Of a stretch of 64,000 bases of DNA, positions 20,245 through 29,500 are shown piece by piece; the first letter of the stretch is position 1; the number at the start of each line of letters is the position of its first letter. A program made the translations under genes and the position numbers. The notes below the pieces were generated by a model. That model made no database searches. It was not told where the DNA came from and worked only from the letters and a program-made list of their open reading frames with translations. Origin of the DNA: Blastocatellia bacterium (GTDB lineage Bacteria; Acidobacteriota; Blastocatellia; UBA7656). The stretch lies in assembly GCA_035275065.1 (NCBI GenBank), contig DATENM010000150.1:80620-144619 (forward strand), read 5' to 3'.

Positions 20245-21837
20245 TCATTGCTTCAAGGCGCGGCGATCCATCTTGCCGCGCTCGTTTTTCGGCAGGTCAT
20301 CGCGGAATTCAATCCAGCGCGGGTACTTATAGACTGCCAGCCGCGCCTTCACATAATCCTTCAGCTCGCGCTCCATCTCAAGGCCAGCAGCGCACCCTTC
20401 GGCAAGCACGACGAAGGCTTTCGGCTTGATCAGCCCTTGCTCGTCGGCTGCGCCGATGACGGCGCATTCGCGTATCGCTTCGTGTTCAAGCAGGCAGTTT
20501 TCAATCTCGGTCGGCGACACGAAGATGCCGCCGACTTTCAGCATCTCGTCCGTGCGCCCGCGGTACCAAAAATAGCCGCGCTCATCGACGGCGAACTGAT
20601 CGCCGGTCGTGCACCAGTCGCCGGCGAAGGTCGCTTTCGATTTCTCGTGCGCCTGCCAGTAACAGAGCGCCGCCGAATCGCCTTTGATCCTAAGCGTCCC
20701 CATCTCGCCCGCCGCGACATCGCGCCCGTCGGCGTCAACGATGCGCGCTTCGTACCCCGGCACCAGGCGGCCGAGGCTGCCCGGCACGACTTCGCCGGGG
20801 TAGTTGGTGATGTAGATATGAAACATCTCCGCCGAGCCGATGCCGTCGAGAATCTCGACTCCGAAGGCGTCCATCCAGCGGTGGTAAAGCTCAGGCGGTA
20901 AGGCTTCGCCCGCCGACAGACAGCAGCGCAGGCTCGACAGGTCATAGCGGTCGCGCGCCCCTTCGACTTGCAGCATGGCATTAATCATCGTCGGCACGCT
21001 GGTCAGGACGGTCGGGCGGAATTTCTCGATCATCTCGAACATGGTCTCGGCGGTCGAGCGCTCGGCAAACAGCGCCGTCGCGCCGCCAACGGCAAACGGG
21101 AAGAGCAGGTTGGTGCCGGTCGCATAGCCGAAGAAGAGCTTCGGCACAGACAACGTGATGTCCCGGTCGGTGATCTTCAGCACCTGCTTGGCGTAGCACT
21201 CGGTGTTGTACGGCAGGTCGTGTTGCATGTGGACGGCGGCTTTCGCCTGTCCCGTCGAGCCTGAAGTAAACAGCCAGATGGCCAGGTCGTCGCGCGAGGT
21301 CGGCGCGGTCGCAAGCTCAGCCGCCGCCGCCGCCGTCGCCCGCTCGTAAGAGATGATAGACGAGCGCCCGGTGATGCCTTCGAGGCTGCCCGACTGTTGC
21401 GTGCCGACAACAATGGTGTGACGCAGATGGCGCGAATGCGAAGCGGCGGGCGCAAAGCGCTCCATGACAGAAACGTGGACGACGGCGACCTTGGCGCGTG
21501 TGTAATCGAGGTAATATTCGTAGTCCGAGGCCGGCAGGATGGTATTGACCATAGTGATGATCGCGCCGATCTTAGCAATGGCGAACCATGTGGCGACGAA
21601 TTCGATGGAATCGGGCAGGACAATGAGCACGCGGTCTTCCATCTCAACACCGAGACTGAGCAACAGATTACCTACCTGGTTCGCCATGCGCTGCACGTCG
21701 GCGTAGGTGTACCGCTGATCCTCGCAGTAAACGGCGACCTTATCGCCTCGACCTTCCTTGATGCGGTCGTCAAGATAGTAGGTCGCCATATTGAACTGTT
21801 CTGGAAAAGTGATGGTCATCGCCCGGCGCTCCGTCAT
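20245..21837 (-). CDS. benzoate-CoA ligase family / AMP-dependent acyl-CoA synthetase
   Basis: AMP-binding motif FTSGSTGQAKAA, plus YGYATGTN, GD.....DE.GY..Y.GR.D and a C-terminal K. The N-terminus FPEQFNMATYYLDDR resembles aromatic acid-CoA ligases. Confidence 0.85.
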   Translation of the reverse strand: MTERRAMTITFPEQFNMATYYLDDRIKEGRGDKVAVYCEDQRYTYADVQRMANQVGNLLLSLGVEMEDRVLIVLPDSIEFVATWFAIAKIGAIITMVNTILPASDYEYYLDYTRAKVAVVHVSVMERFAPAASHSRHLRHTIVVGTQQSGSLEGITGRSSIISYERATAAAAAELATAPTSRDDLAIWLFTSGSTGQAKAAVHMQHDLPYNTECYAKQVLKITDRDITLSVPKLFFGYATGTNLLFPFAVGGATALFAERSTAETMFEMIEKFRPTVLTSVPTMINAMLQVEGARDRYDLSSLRCCLSAGEALPPELYHRWMDAFGVEILDGIGSAEMFHIYITNYPGEVVPGSLGRLVPGYEARIVDADGRDVAAGEMGTLRIKGDSAALCYWQAHEKSKATFAGDWCTTGDQFAVDERGYFWYRGRTDEMLKVGGIFVSPTEIENCLLEHEAIRECAVIGAADEQGLIKPKAFVVLAEGCAAGLEMERELKDYVKARLAVYKYPRWIEFRDDLPKNERGKMDRRALKQ

Positions 21838-22293
21838 CTGTGCTTATCGGGGGCAGTATACCACAACGGGCCCAATCGCCCGGCAGCGGCCCAGCCAGCC
21901 GCATCCAGAGAATTAATCCGGTTAACCAGCTACTAGACGAGTCTAGGATTCACAGAATCGGTGGGATGTTATTAAGGGAGATTAAAGGCGAGTCTCAATC
22001 CGCTATCCATCGCGTCTTCCGTTCAAAAGCCAGCCATCCTGATCTATTGTTTGTAACTGGACGGACCATCGGCTTGATTACTATGACCGGCTACGAACAA
22101 TAAGTCTTGGCTCTTGAACTACAAAAAATCCATATGTATGCAGTTGTCAATGATCGAGTCCAGCCTGATGACTGTGACAGTCTCGGCTGGTGATAAGCCG
22201 GCACTACTGTACGGGGGCTCCGATGGTTTTGACAATCACCATCGGTTCGAGCTTTCTCTTGCGCCTGAGCTGCGGCAAGCCTAGCTCGCTGCC

Positions 22294-23264
22294 TCAGCTT
22301 GCCAGCCATCGAGCGTAAGCGCGGATGTCAATCATTGGCACCGTGGCGCTGCTCTGGAGACGCGCGATTAATTCTAATAGGAATGCTGTGGCAGGTTTGC
22401 CTCCAACTATGATGGTGTAGCAGTCATTCGCGTCGCAGGTAAATGTGCCATGTGCAGCAACGCAGCCGATGTCAAGGTGGCCCTCTGGCCCACTACTGAG
22501 CGCATCCGTCAGGGGCTTACCCAGAGCAGGGTTCCATTCACTCTCAAAGGTTAGCAGACCTCCGAAGATGTGAGGCAATGGCCTTGCAGGGTACGTGCCG
22601 CCGGCATAGGGGATCGGAAGGCTGGTACGGTGAAGACGACGGACGCTGGCCACCTTTTCCTGGGCATATTCGACATGGCGAGCGTTAATAGATTGCTTGG
22701 CCTCAAACACTGCGTAGACGCTTTCGGAAGGGATGATGAGCTGGCCTTCATAATGAAAGATAAAGGGCGAATACTGTCGATCAAATACCACAACATCGAT
22801 TTGCTGGCTGAAGGCCCCATTGCTGTCCACGACGTGCGCCATTTCAGATTGATAGCGTTCGGGCAAATAGGTTTGGAGTAACTCGAGCCAGACATGCTCG
22901 GTAGCGTTACCCTTAGTGCCCCTCTGTGCAAAGCGGGTTCTGCATTCGAATGCTGCTGGGAGAGATTAGTCTCTACATCCGCCCATTTACTCGTAGCTAT
23001 TTCATGGGCCAGCTTCAAGAGCCTCTCAGCTGCTGAAGAGGGGTGATTTAAATTCAATACCAGTGCTCGCAAGTCGTCCTTGATCGCCGTCCAATGTCCA
23101 GGAAGGTCATCAATCACCAGGGCACTGAATGCCTCAAATCCCTGGTGGCTTTCCGAGTTCCCCTTGTCAGCATTGACGGATAGCGGTCGGCCAGTGCGCT
23201 CCCGAAAGCGGCCAATGTCGTACAGAAGCGCGGCTAAAATGATCGTCCGGTCATACTCTGACAT
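22294..23264 (-). pseudogene. DUF6602-like PD-(D/E)xK nuclease gene split by a 1-nt frameshift at a G4/C4 run (N-part carries a degenerate HD-like AALLYDIGRF motif)
   Basis: The downstream frame stays open upstream of the track's TTG start and reads ...RGTKGNATEHVWLELLQTYLPERYQ...QIDVVVFD...VFEAKQS (DUF6602 signature plus D..ExK). The upstream frame (ATG at 23264) reads sensibly up to ...EPALHRG and then turns to Ser-rich nonsense. The two frames meet at CCCC 22919-22922. Confidence 0.5.
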
Positions 23265-23336
23265 CTTCTCTCACATCTATTAAGCCGCGATAGGATACTG
23301 CCCCTGCCATACAGGGACTCTGACTCGCTTAAATCC

Positions 23337-23771
23337 TCAGGCCACAAGTTTGTATCTGCCTAACCCAAAGCTTGTGCCAGTTCCGATGTGTAATATCTCG
23401 CCAGCGATAATGAGCGGGATAAACTCCTGGATTTCTTCGCCAGCGTATTCGATGGTGCCAACAAAGCCACCCATGTTCATCTTGACCTTTTGTCGGCTCG
23501 AATATCTTTCCCAATCTCGCCAGTGTAGACCCGACGCGCTTGTCCGAACGTTCGATGCTTGTTCAATCAAGGCTCGATAATTCACGTCCAGCCGCCCACT
23601 TCCATGGACCGCTGCTAATAAGGAAATCCTTCGCAACAGGTTGCGAACCAACAGTTCAAAAGTCAGCGCCTGCTGCAAATCACCGTCTACACGGATTCGA
23701 GCCGGCGTCTGGAAATTTAATCGGATTTCATTCAGGTATAGTGACCCCGCCGGGCAGAAAATTTCATGGAG
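23337..23771 (-). pseudogene. Cas6-family RAMP endoribonuclease, C-terminal fragment (5'-truncated)
   Basis: The frame is open from the stop at 23772-23774 and reads LHEIFCPAGSLYLNEIRLNFQTPARIRVDGDLQQALTFELLVRNLLRRISLL...GEILHIGTGTSFGLGRYKL. The last part is the glycine-rich Cas6 C-terminal loop motif. There is no ATG, and about half the usual length is missing. Confidence 0.55.
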
Positions 23772-24129
23772 CTAAAGAAAACCTCTTGAAATGAGATGGG
23801 TCTAAAAAACCATGACCTGTAGTCGATATACATATTGCTTTTATTGTTCGCCGAGATTAAAGTGGGAACACTTCGAAAGGCAAAGTGACAATATTTGCTT
23901 TGCCGGACCACAAAATAAGACGCACCTCTTAGCGGATTGAAGTCGATACAGGGTCCAAGGCCCTGTGAATAATCAGCCGCGTTTGGCGATGACCACCGTC
24001 TATGCGAAAACGCTTCCCGAACGTTGATCGGGAGACTGCGCCGCCGGTCAGATTCGGGGCGTCTTCAGCCAGCGCAAGGTCTGTTATCCAGAAAGCCAAT
24101 CGCGATAGGGCCATCTGGGAGATCACAGG

Positions 24130-25545
24130 ATGAGCAAGAAAATTAAAATCCTCTTTCTCGCCGCCGAACCGACCGATCTGTTTCGCCTGCAACTGGGAAA
24201 GGAATGCGAGCGGATCAAGCGCGAAATCGAGCTGGAAGTAAACCGCGACCGCTTCGAGGTCGTCGAACACTGGGCGGTCACAACAAGCGAGTTGATCAGG
24301 GCGCTGCGCAAACACCAGCCAGACATCGTTCACTTCAGCGGTCATGGCGGCAAGAGTGGGATCATCCTTGAAGATGGTTCTGGCGATAGCCATTCGGTTC
24401 CCAAAGAAGGACTGGCGGAACTGTTCGAGATGTTCAGAAATAATGTCCGCCTGGTTTTTCTAAATGCCTGCTACAGCGAAGCCCAGGTGCAGGCTTTTAC
24501 GCAGACCATTGATTTCACGATTGGTATGCGAAAGCCTGTGGGAGATTCCGCAGCCATCAGCTTTGCGGCGGCTTTCTATGGAGGATTAAGTTTCGGCTAC
24601 TCAGTAGAACAGGCGTATAGAATGGCCAATATCTTGCTTAAGCTCGACCGGTTGCCGGACCAGAACAATCCAAGACTATTCACCCGCAGAGGCGTTGATG
24701 GCTCAAGGTCGTTTCTCGATCATATACCTGTTCCGCAATTGACTAAAAAATGGCGCGGGGCCAAAGGACTCCGCAGTAGTAAGGGGAAGAGAACGGACGA
24801 GCCACAGGTAGGTTTATGGATTCATGGATGGGTTAAACGACTGTATGATTGCCTTCCCACAGTCGAGCTTGACTGGACGGAATACTTCCGTCGCGATACC
24901 AGGAAAGTTCCGAGCCAGCAAGCCTGGAACCTTTCTTTATTTAAAGATCTTCAAAAAGCCAAGAAAGAGCTTGATAAGCATAGTCAGGGAGCCTTTATAG
25001 ATTTTCGGGGCAAGTTACCGCTAACGGCGCTGCTCGCAGTTGGGGCTACGTTTCCTGAGGTCGGAGGCTACAGCCTTCGCGCCGAACAGCCCACCCGTGG
25101 TAAGACGGTTCTGTGGAGGTCCGATGCTGGTTCATCGAAGCGCGGGTTTAAAATCTTAGTGGCCAAACAGAGAAAAGGCAGCCGCAAGCAGGATATTCTC
25201 ATCGCTTTATCAATTACCGGCAGCGCTAGAGATGAAGTTGTTGCACTCTATAATCAGTATCCTGAAACTTTCTCGACATTGATTTACGCTGAACCGAATG
25301 ATGGGACGGGGGATGGGAGCTTGCGCTCGGATAAGGATGCTATGGCTTTAGCCATCCATGCCAAGGAACTGATCCGAGAGTGCAAGCGCGATTACCAGGC
25401 CTCGCAAGTGCACCTGGTAGTCCATGGCCCGGGTGCGTACTGTCTGTTTCTTGGTCAGCGGCTCAATGCCTTAGGGACCCTAATCACGTATGAGAGGGCG
25501 CTGAACGGAAGCTACAGGCGATCAGTTACTCTGCATACGGGGTAG
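24130..25545 (+). CDS. CHAT (caspase-like) protease domain fused to a C-terminal SAVED/CARF-like sensor domain
   Basis: N-terminus: ILFLAAEP...DIVHFSGHG...VRLVFLNACYS gives a His/Cys dyad in the short CHAT layout. C-terminal ~270 aa: DILIALSITGSA...VHLVVHGPGAYCLFLGQRLNALGTLITYE follows the SAVED-type terminal pattern. No signal peptide. Confidence 0.65.
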   Translation: MSKKIKILFLAAEPTDLFRLQLGKECERIKREIELEVNRDRFEVVEHWAVTTSELIRALRKHQPDIVHFSGHGGKSGIILEDGSGDSHSVPKEGLAELFEMFRNNVRLVFLNACYSEAQVQAFTQTIDFTIGMRKPVGDSAAISFAAAFYGGLSFGYSVEQAYRMANILLKLDRLPDQNNPRLFTRRGVDGSRSFLDHIPVPQLTKKWRGAKGLRSSKGKRTDEPQVGLWIHGWVKRLYDCLPTVELDWTEYFRRDTRKVPSQQAWNLSLFKDLQKAKKELDKHSQGAFIDFRGKLPLTALLAVGATFPEVGGYSLRAEQPTRGKTVLWRSDAGSSKRGFKILVAKQRKGSRKQDILIALSITGSARDEVVALYNQYPETFSTLIYAEPNDGTGDGSLRSDKDAMALAIHAKELIRECKRDYQASQVHLVVHGPGAYCLFLGQRLNALGTLITYERALNGSYRRSVTLHTG

Positions 25546-25814
25546 GGACCAGTCCCAATCGAATGGCGTTGTAATTCTCTCATAAAGCGCATAGGCACTT
25601 TCCTGCTATCTAATCCCATATACTGAAAACTCACTCGACGTATGAAATTATTTCTTCCGAATCGTCACTTATATGTTGTGTGTAGCTTCGCGCGAGGCGC
25701 TCTAGATTAGTCTAATGAGTCACCGCTCGTCTGCCCGCTCTCGGCGTGAGCTGTTGCGAGTTAAAGAGTCAGACTGGGTAGCGGATGACGTAACGAATGA
25801 GAGGAGCGAAACAA

Positions 25815-26012
25815 ATGGCAGAACGCAAGACGACAAAAGAATCGACAAGAGATGGCACGCTTCAATCTTTGAGGACCGCCAAGGCCGGCAGCAAGAAGAA
25901 GCCCGCCAAAGACCTTGAAAGGAGTGGTTCTCTTCAATCATTGAGGGGGGCGTCTTCCAAGAAGGGAACAGGCACATCAAAAAAAGCTGTCCGCAGTAGT
26001 AGGACTCGCTGA
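25815..26012 (+). CDS. small (65 aa) Lys/Ser-rich basic protein with internal G(T/S)LQSLR repeat
   Basis: A GAGGAG RBS sits 8 nt upstream of the ATG at 25815. The sequence is MAERKTTKESTRDGTLQSLRTAKAGSKKKPAKDLERSGSLQSLRGASSKKGTGTSKKAVRSSRTR. I recognise no homology. Confidence 0.4.
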   Translation: MAERKTTKESTRDGTLQSLRTAKAGSKKKPAKDLERSGSLQSLRGASSKKGTGTSKKAVRSSRTR

Positions 26013-26148
26013 AGCGTCCGGGCTCGTGGTTGGAGTATCGACCAGCAATCTGTCTCCCTTTGCGCATCTCGGCTTAGATATGTCTGGGGCTGGCTCTAAG
26101 GGGCGATTGATTGATGCGCTAGTCGTGTCTCTGGCCTACCTTACGAAA

Positions 26149-26253
26149 CAAGCAATCCTCTCTGGCAGGGGTAGCGACTACGCGTCGTTAATCCCCGCCT
26201 GGGAGATAGGTTCGACGCGGCCCACGGGCTCCCCTGTCAGAGAGGATTGCTTG
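26149..26253 (+). other. 105-nt nested hairpin (candidate structured RNA or palindromic element)
   Basis: The outer 23-bp stem pairs 26149-26171 with 26231-26253, with a single G-T (G.U) pair. Inside is a 7-bp stem CGCGTCG/CGACGCG (26181-26187 / 26213-26219), and inside that TCCC/GGGA (26092-style apex at 26192-26204). It lies in a ~560-nt ORF-poor gap. Confidence 0.45.
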
Positions 26254-26575
26254 CACAATCACTCGCCCTTCAGGTTGCATTCACACCTGACGATCAATGC
26301 CAGGACCAGACTGGCGGGTACACCCTTCACCCCGGGTTTACCATCGAAAGTAAAATCTCATCATTAGAAACAGGTATCTGTAATATCCACCCCGCCAATC
26401 AGGTTGAACTGTCTGAAGTTTTCGTGGTAAATAACACCCGCACCGTCAGGTTGTCAGAGAACTTAGGGCAGTGGATGTTCCTGTATTGATTGTTTGTTCG
26501 ACGTACCGCTAAGTATTGACACTGTATCCTCTTGTTAGCTGACGATGAATAAAAGACTGACATAAGGCGATACCA

Positions 26576-29500
26576 ATGTTCCAACCAGGGAATTGTCGAT
26601 TCTCGTTGACCAACTTTCCCCGGCATACCGTATACAGGTTGATCTTGCTGATAGTTCTGCTAGCAAACGTGTGCCCCCGCTCGTTTGCGCATCGCTACAA
26701 CCGGGAAGCGGGAACGAGCCTTGGGACGGCGCTTAAGCCCGTAACCACTAATCAAGAGCCCATTCACTTATTGCCAGGAAAAACGATTAGGCAGGAGGTC
26801 GGCGCAGGTAAACGCACATCTTTCCAGATCATACTCTCTGCTGCCCAATTTGTGCGTGTGATCTTTGAAGGGGAGTGGGCTGTCTTCTCGGTGAGCCTGT
26901 CGGCTCCATCACATCACAGGATCTATGAGTTCAATACTCGCCGATTCAGACCGACTCCCCTTACATTCATTACAGACTTCTCAGGCACATATACCCTAGA
27001 CATTGAATCACGCGAAGAAGAAGGAGAAGCGGCACATTGTCAACTGACGATTGAGTCGGTGCGAAGGCCGGCCGCGGGGGATGGTTATCTGATCGCCGCT
27101 GAGCGAGCAACCGCAGAGGCTGAAAGGCTGCGGGAAGAATGGCAACTTAAATCGCTGACGCAGTGCATCGCGAAGTATAAGCAGGCACAGACTTACTGGC
27201 GCCGGCTCGATAATCGAGCCGAGGAAGCCAGTGCGCTCAAAAGCATCGGCGATGTCTACGCGACACTCGGCCAAAATCCGGCTGCCCTGACCTCCTTTAA
27301 TCTGGCACTTCCATTGAGTAAGGTCGCCGGTGATCGGCAGCTGGAGATTGATATTCTCAATGCATTGTCGGAAGTCCAGGCTGATCTAGGAAACTGGCAA
27401 GCCGCACTGGATAACGCTAGACAGGCACTCACCCTCAGCAACGAAGTCGGCTTCATTCGGGGGAAAGCCCGAGCCTTAAATGCTATTGGCCTGGTCTATC
27501 ACCTGTTGAGCGATTTTCAGCAGGCGCTCAACACTTTCGATCAGGCCATGAACCTCTGGCGAATATCCCAAGACCGCCGCGGTCAAGCGCAAACGCTAAC
27601 GAACATCGCCTATTCATATGGTGATCCCGGCGACCTGCAAAAATCCCTCTCATTGTTCAATGAGGCATTGCTCCTTTGGCGCAAATCAAAAGACCTGCGG
27701 GGGGAAGCTCAGACGCTGACGACAATTGCTTTGCTAAATAGCTCGCTTGGTGAAATGCAGAAGGCATTTGATACCCATACGCAGGCGATTCGTCTCTTCC
27801 GAATGATGGGGGATCTCGCGGGCGAGGCCGTTACCCTCAATGGGATGGCATATATTTATGAAACCCTGGGAGATCGCCAGAGGGCAGTAGAGCTTTTCGG
27901 CAGGGCCTTGAAACTCTTTCAAGTGGCTGGCAGGCGCTCTAGCGAAGCGATTACCTTAGGCTTGATTGGTGAAGTCTATTATTCACTCGGAGATAATCAA
28001 AAGGCCCTTGAGTATCACACGAAGAAGCTCAATGCAACTCGCTCTCTCGGTGATCAGAGAGCAGAGGCTTACACACTGAGAGACATGGGGATTGTCTTTG
28101 ACTCGCTCGGGAACAAAGACAAGGCGCTCGATTACTTGAGCCGTGCGCTCTCACTGAGCAAGGCGGTTTCTGACCTGCGTGCACAAGCCTCAACGCTTAA
28201 TGGTCTCGGATCCATTAGTGAGAGGTCTGGACAAAGGGAGAAGGCGCTCGTGTTTTATCAGCAAGCCCTCCACCTCAGCCGGGCCTCAGAAGATCGCGCA
28301 CAAGAGGCACAAACACTTCACAACATCGCTCGGGCTTACCGCGATCTTGGCAACCTTGCAGAGGCATATGAGCAGGCCAAGGCCCTGTTAGATATAGTTG
28401 AAACGCAACGCGTCAAAGTCGCCAGCCGGGAACTACAGGCATCCTACTTTGCCTCCGCGCATCAGCACTACGAGCTATATATCGGAATCTTAATGCGTAT
28501 GCACCGGCAGAATCCTGGCTCAGGCTATGACACTGTAGCCTTCGGAGCGAGTGAAAGGTCTCGCGGGCGAGTCTTGCTTGATCTATTGAACGAGGCCCAG
28601 GCAGACATTCGACAGGGTGTCGATCCGGTGCTGTTGCTGCACGAGCGCGAGCTCCAACAATTGCTCAATACCAAAGCAGAGCGACAGATGCGCCTGCTCA
28701 GTCGCTCGCATACAGAGGAGGAGGCAACAGCAATTAAAAAAGAGCTTGTAGACATTACAAGTCGGTATGAAGATGTACTAGCTCAGATCAGGGCGACCAG
28801 TCCGAAATATGCCAATCTAACGCAACCCCATACGATGACCCTTTCCGAGATCCAACAAATACTAGATGCAGATACCATGGTTCTGGAATATTCGCTCGGG
28901 GAAGAACAGAGCTACCTTTGGGCTGTGACATCGAAATGGGCTAAGGTGTTTGAGCTGCCCCCTCGTAAGAAAATAGAGGCCGCAGCAATTCGACTGTACA
29001 GATCCTTAACCGGAGACGCCCAAAGCCAAAGTAGCAAGTTTCCACAGCAACGAAGTAGGGCCTTAGAAAACGAAGCTTCTCAATACGGTGAGGCGGCAAC
29101 GGACCTCACAAGCATGTTACTCGATCCTGTCGCGCCTTACCTTGCAGCCAAGCGATTAGTTATCGTAGCGGATGGGGCACTACAATACGTGCCCTTTGCT
29201 GCGCTTTGCGATCCTAACAACCCCAAAGAAACCAGGCAAGAACAGCCTCTTGTGGTGAATCACGAAATCGTCAACCTGCCATCAGTCTCAATACTTTCAG
29301 CTCTGAGGTCAGAGACCAATGGACGCAGCCCTGCGCCGAAAGCGCTTGCAGTCTTCGCAGACCCGATATTTGAGCGTAACGACCCACGGGTCATAATGAA
29401 CGAAGGCCGTCGAAGGAATAATGTTAATAACAAGCCTGGCCACATTGAAGTGAGCCGAGGCCAGTACCAACCGAGGTCTGATGAACTACTAGATGAGGCT

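Noticed and set aside
19819-20901. 360-aa plus-strand ORF antisense to the acyl-CoA ligase. Similar long antisense or off-frame ORFs occur at 15238-16209, 32047-33024, 11849-12646, 60026-60676, 51052-51747 and 43817-44584.
   Set aside because: These are typical GC-rich shadow ORFs. They are Arg/Ala/Gly/Pro-rich, have no motifs, and each fully overlaps a gene with clear family signatures.
21838-22293. Search for a tRNA gene or att-type direct repeat at the left island boundary
   Set aside because: There is no tRNA-like structure. I could not identify a matching direct repeat at any candidate right boundary by eye, so this needs computation.
23819-23950. Possible degenerate CRISPR repeats (AGTCGATA(T)AC twice, 120 nt apart; GATTAAAGTGGGAAC vs GATTGAAGTCGATAC about 72 nt apart) next to the Cas6 relic
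   Set aside because: There are only two weak, partly overlapping matches (about 11/15 identity) and no regular repeat-spacer periodicity that I can verify by eye. This is not enough to call an array.
23929-24393. 154-aa minus-strand ORF overlapping the start of the CHAT-SAVED gene
   Set aside because: As a whole ORF it is antisense to a well-supported CDS. Only its last ~60 codons (from the ATG at 24114) are considered, tentatively, as a Cas6 N-terminal remnant.
26085-26260. tmRNA- or tRNA-like start (GGGGCTGG...) and a GGTTCGA T-loop-like string at 26209 (another at 22244)
   Set aside because: No acceptor/T-arm pairing, no CCA-proximal complement and no cloverleaf or tag-ORF can be drawn. 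The GGTTCGA string is part of the inner stem of the nested hairpin.
26026-26367. 113-aa track ORF in the gap before TPR-CHAT
   Set aside because: It has no RBS and an implausible composition, and it is spanned by the 23-bp-stem hairpin. The region is better explained as non-coding.
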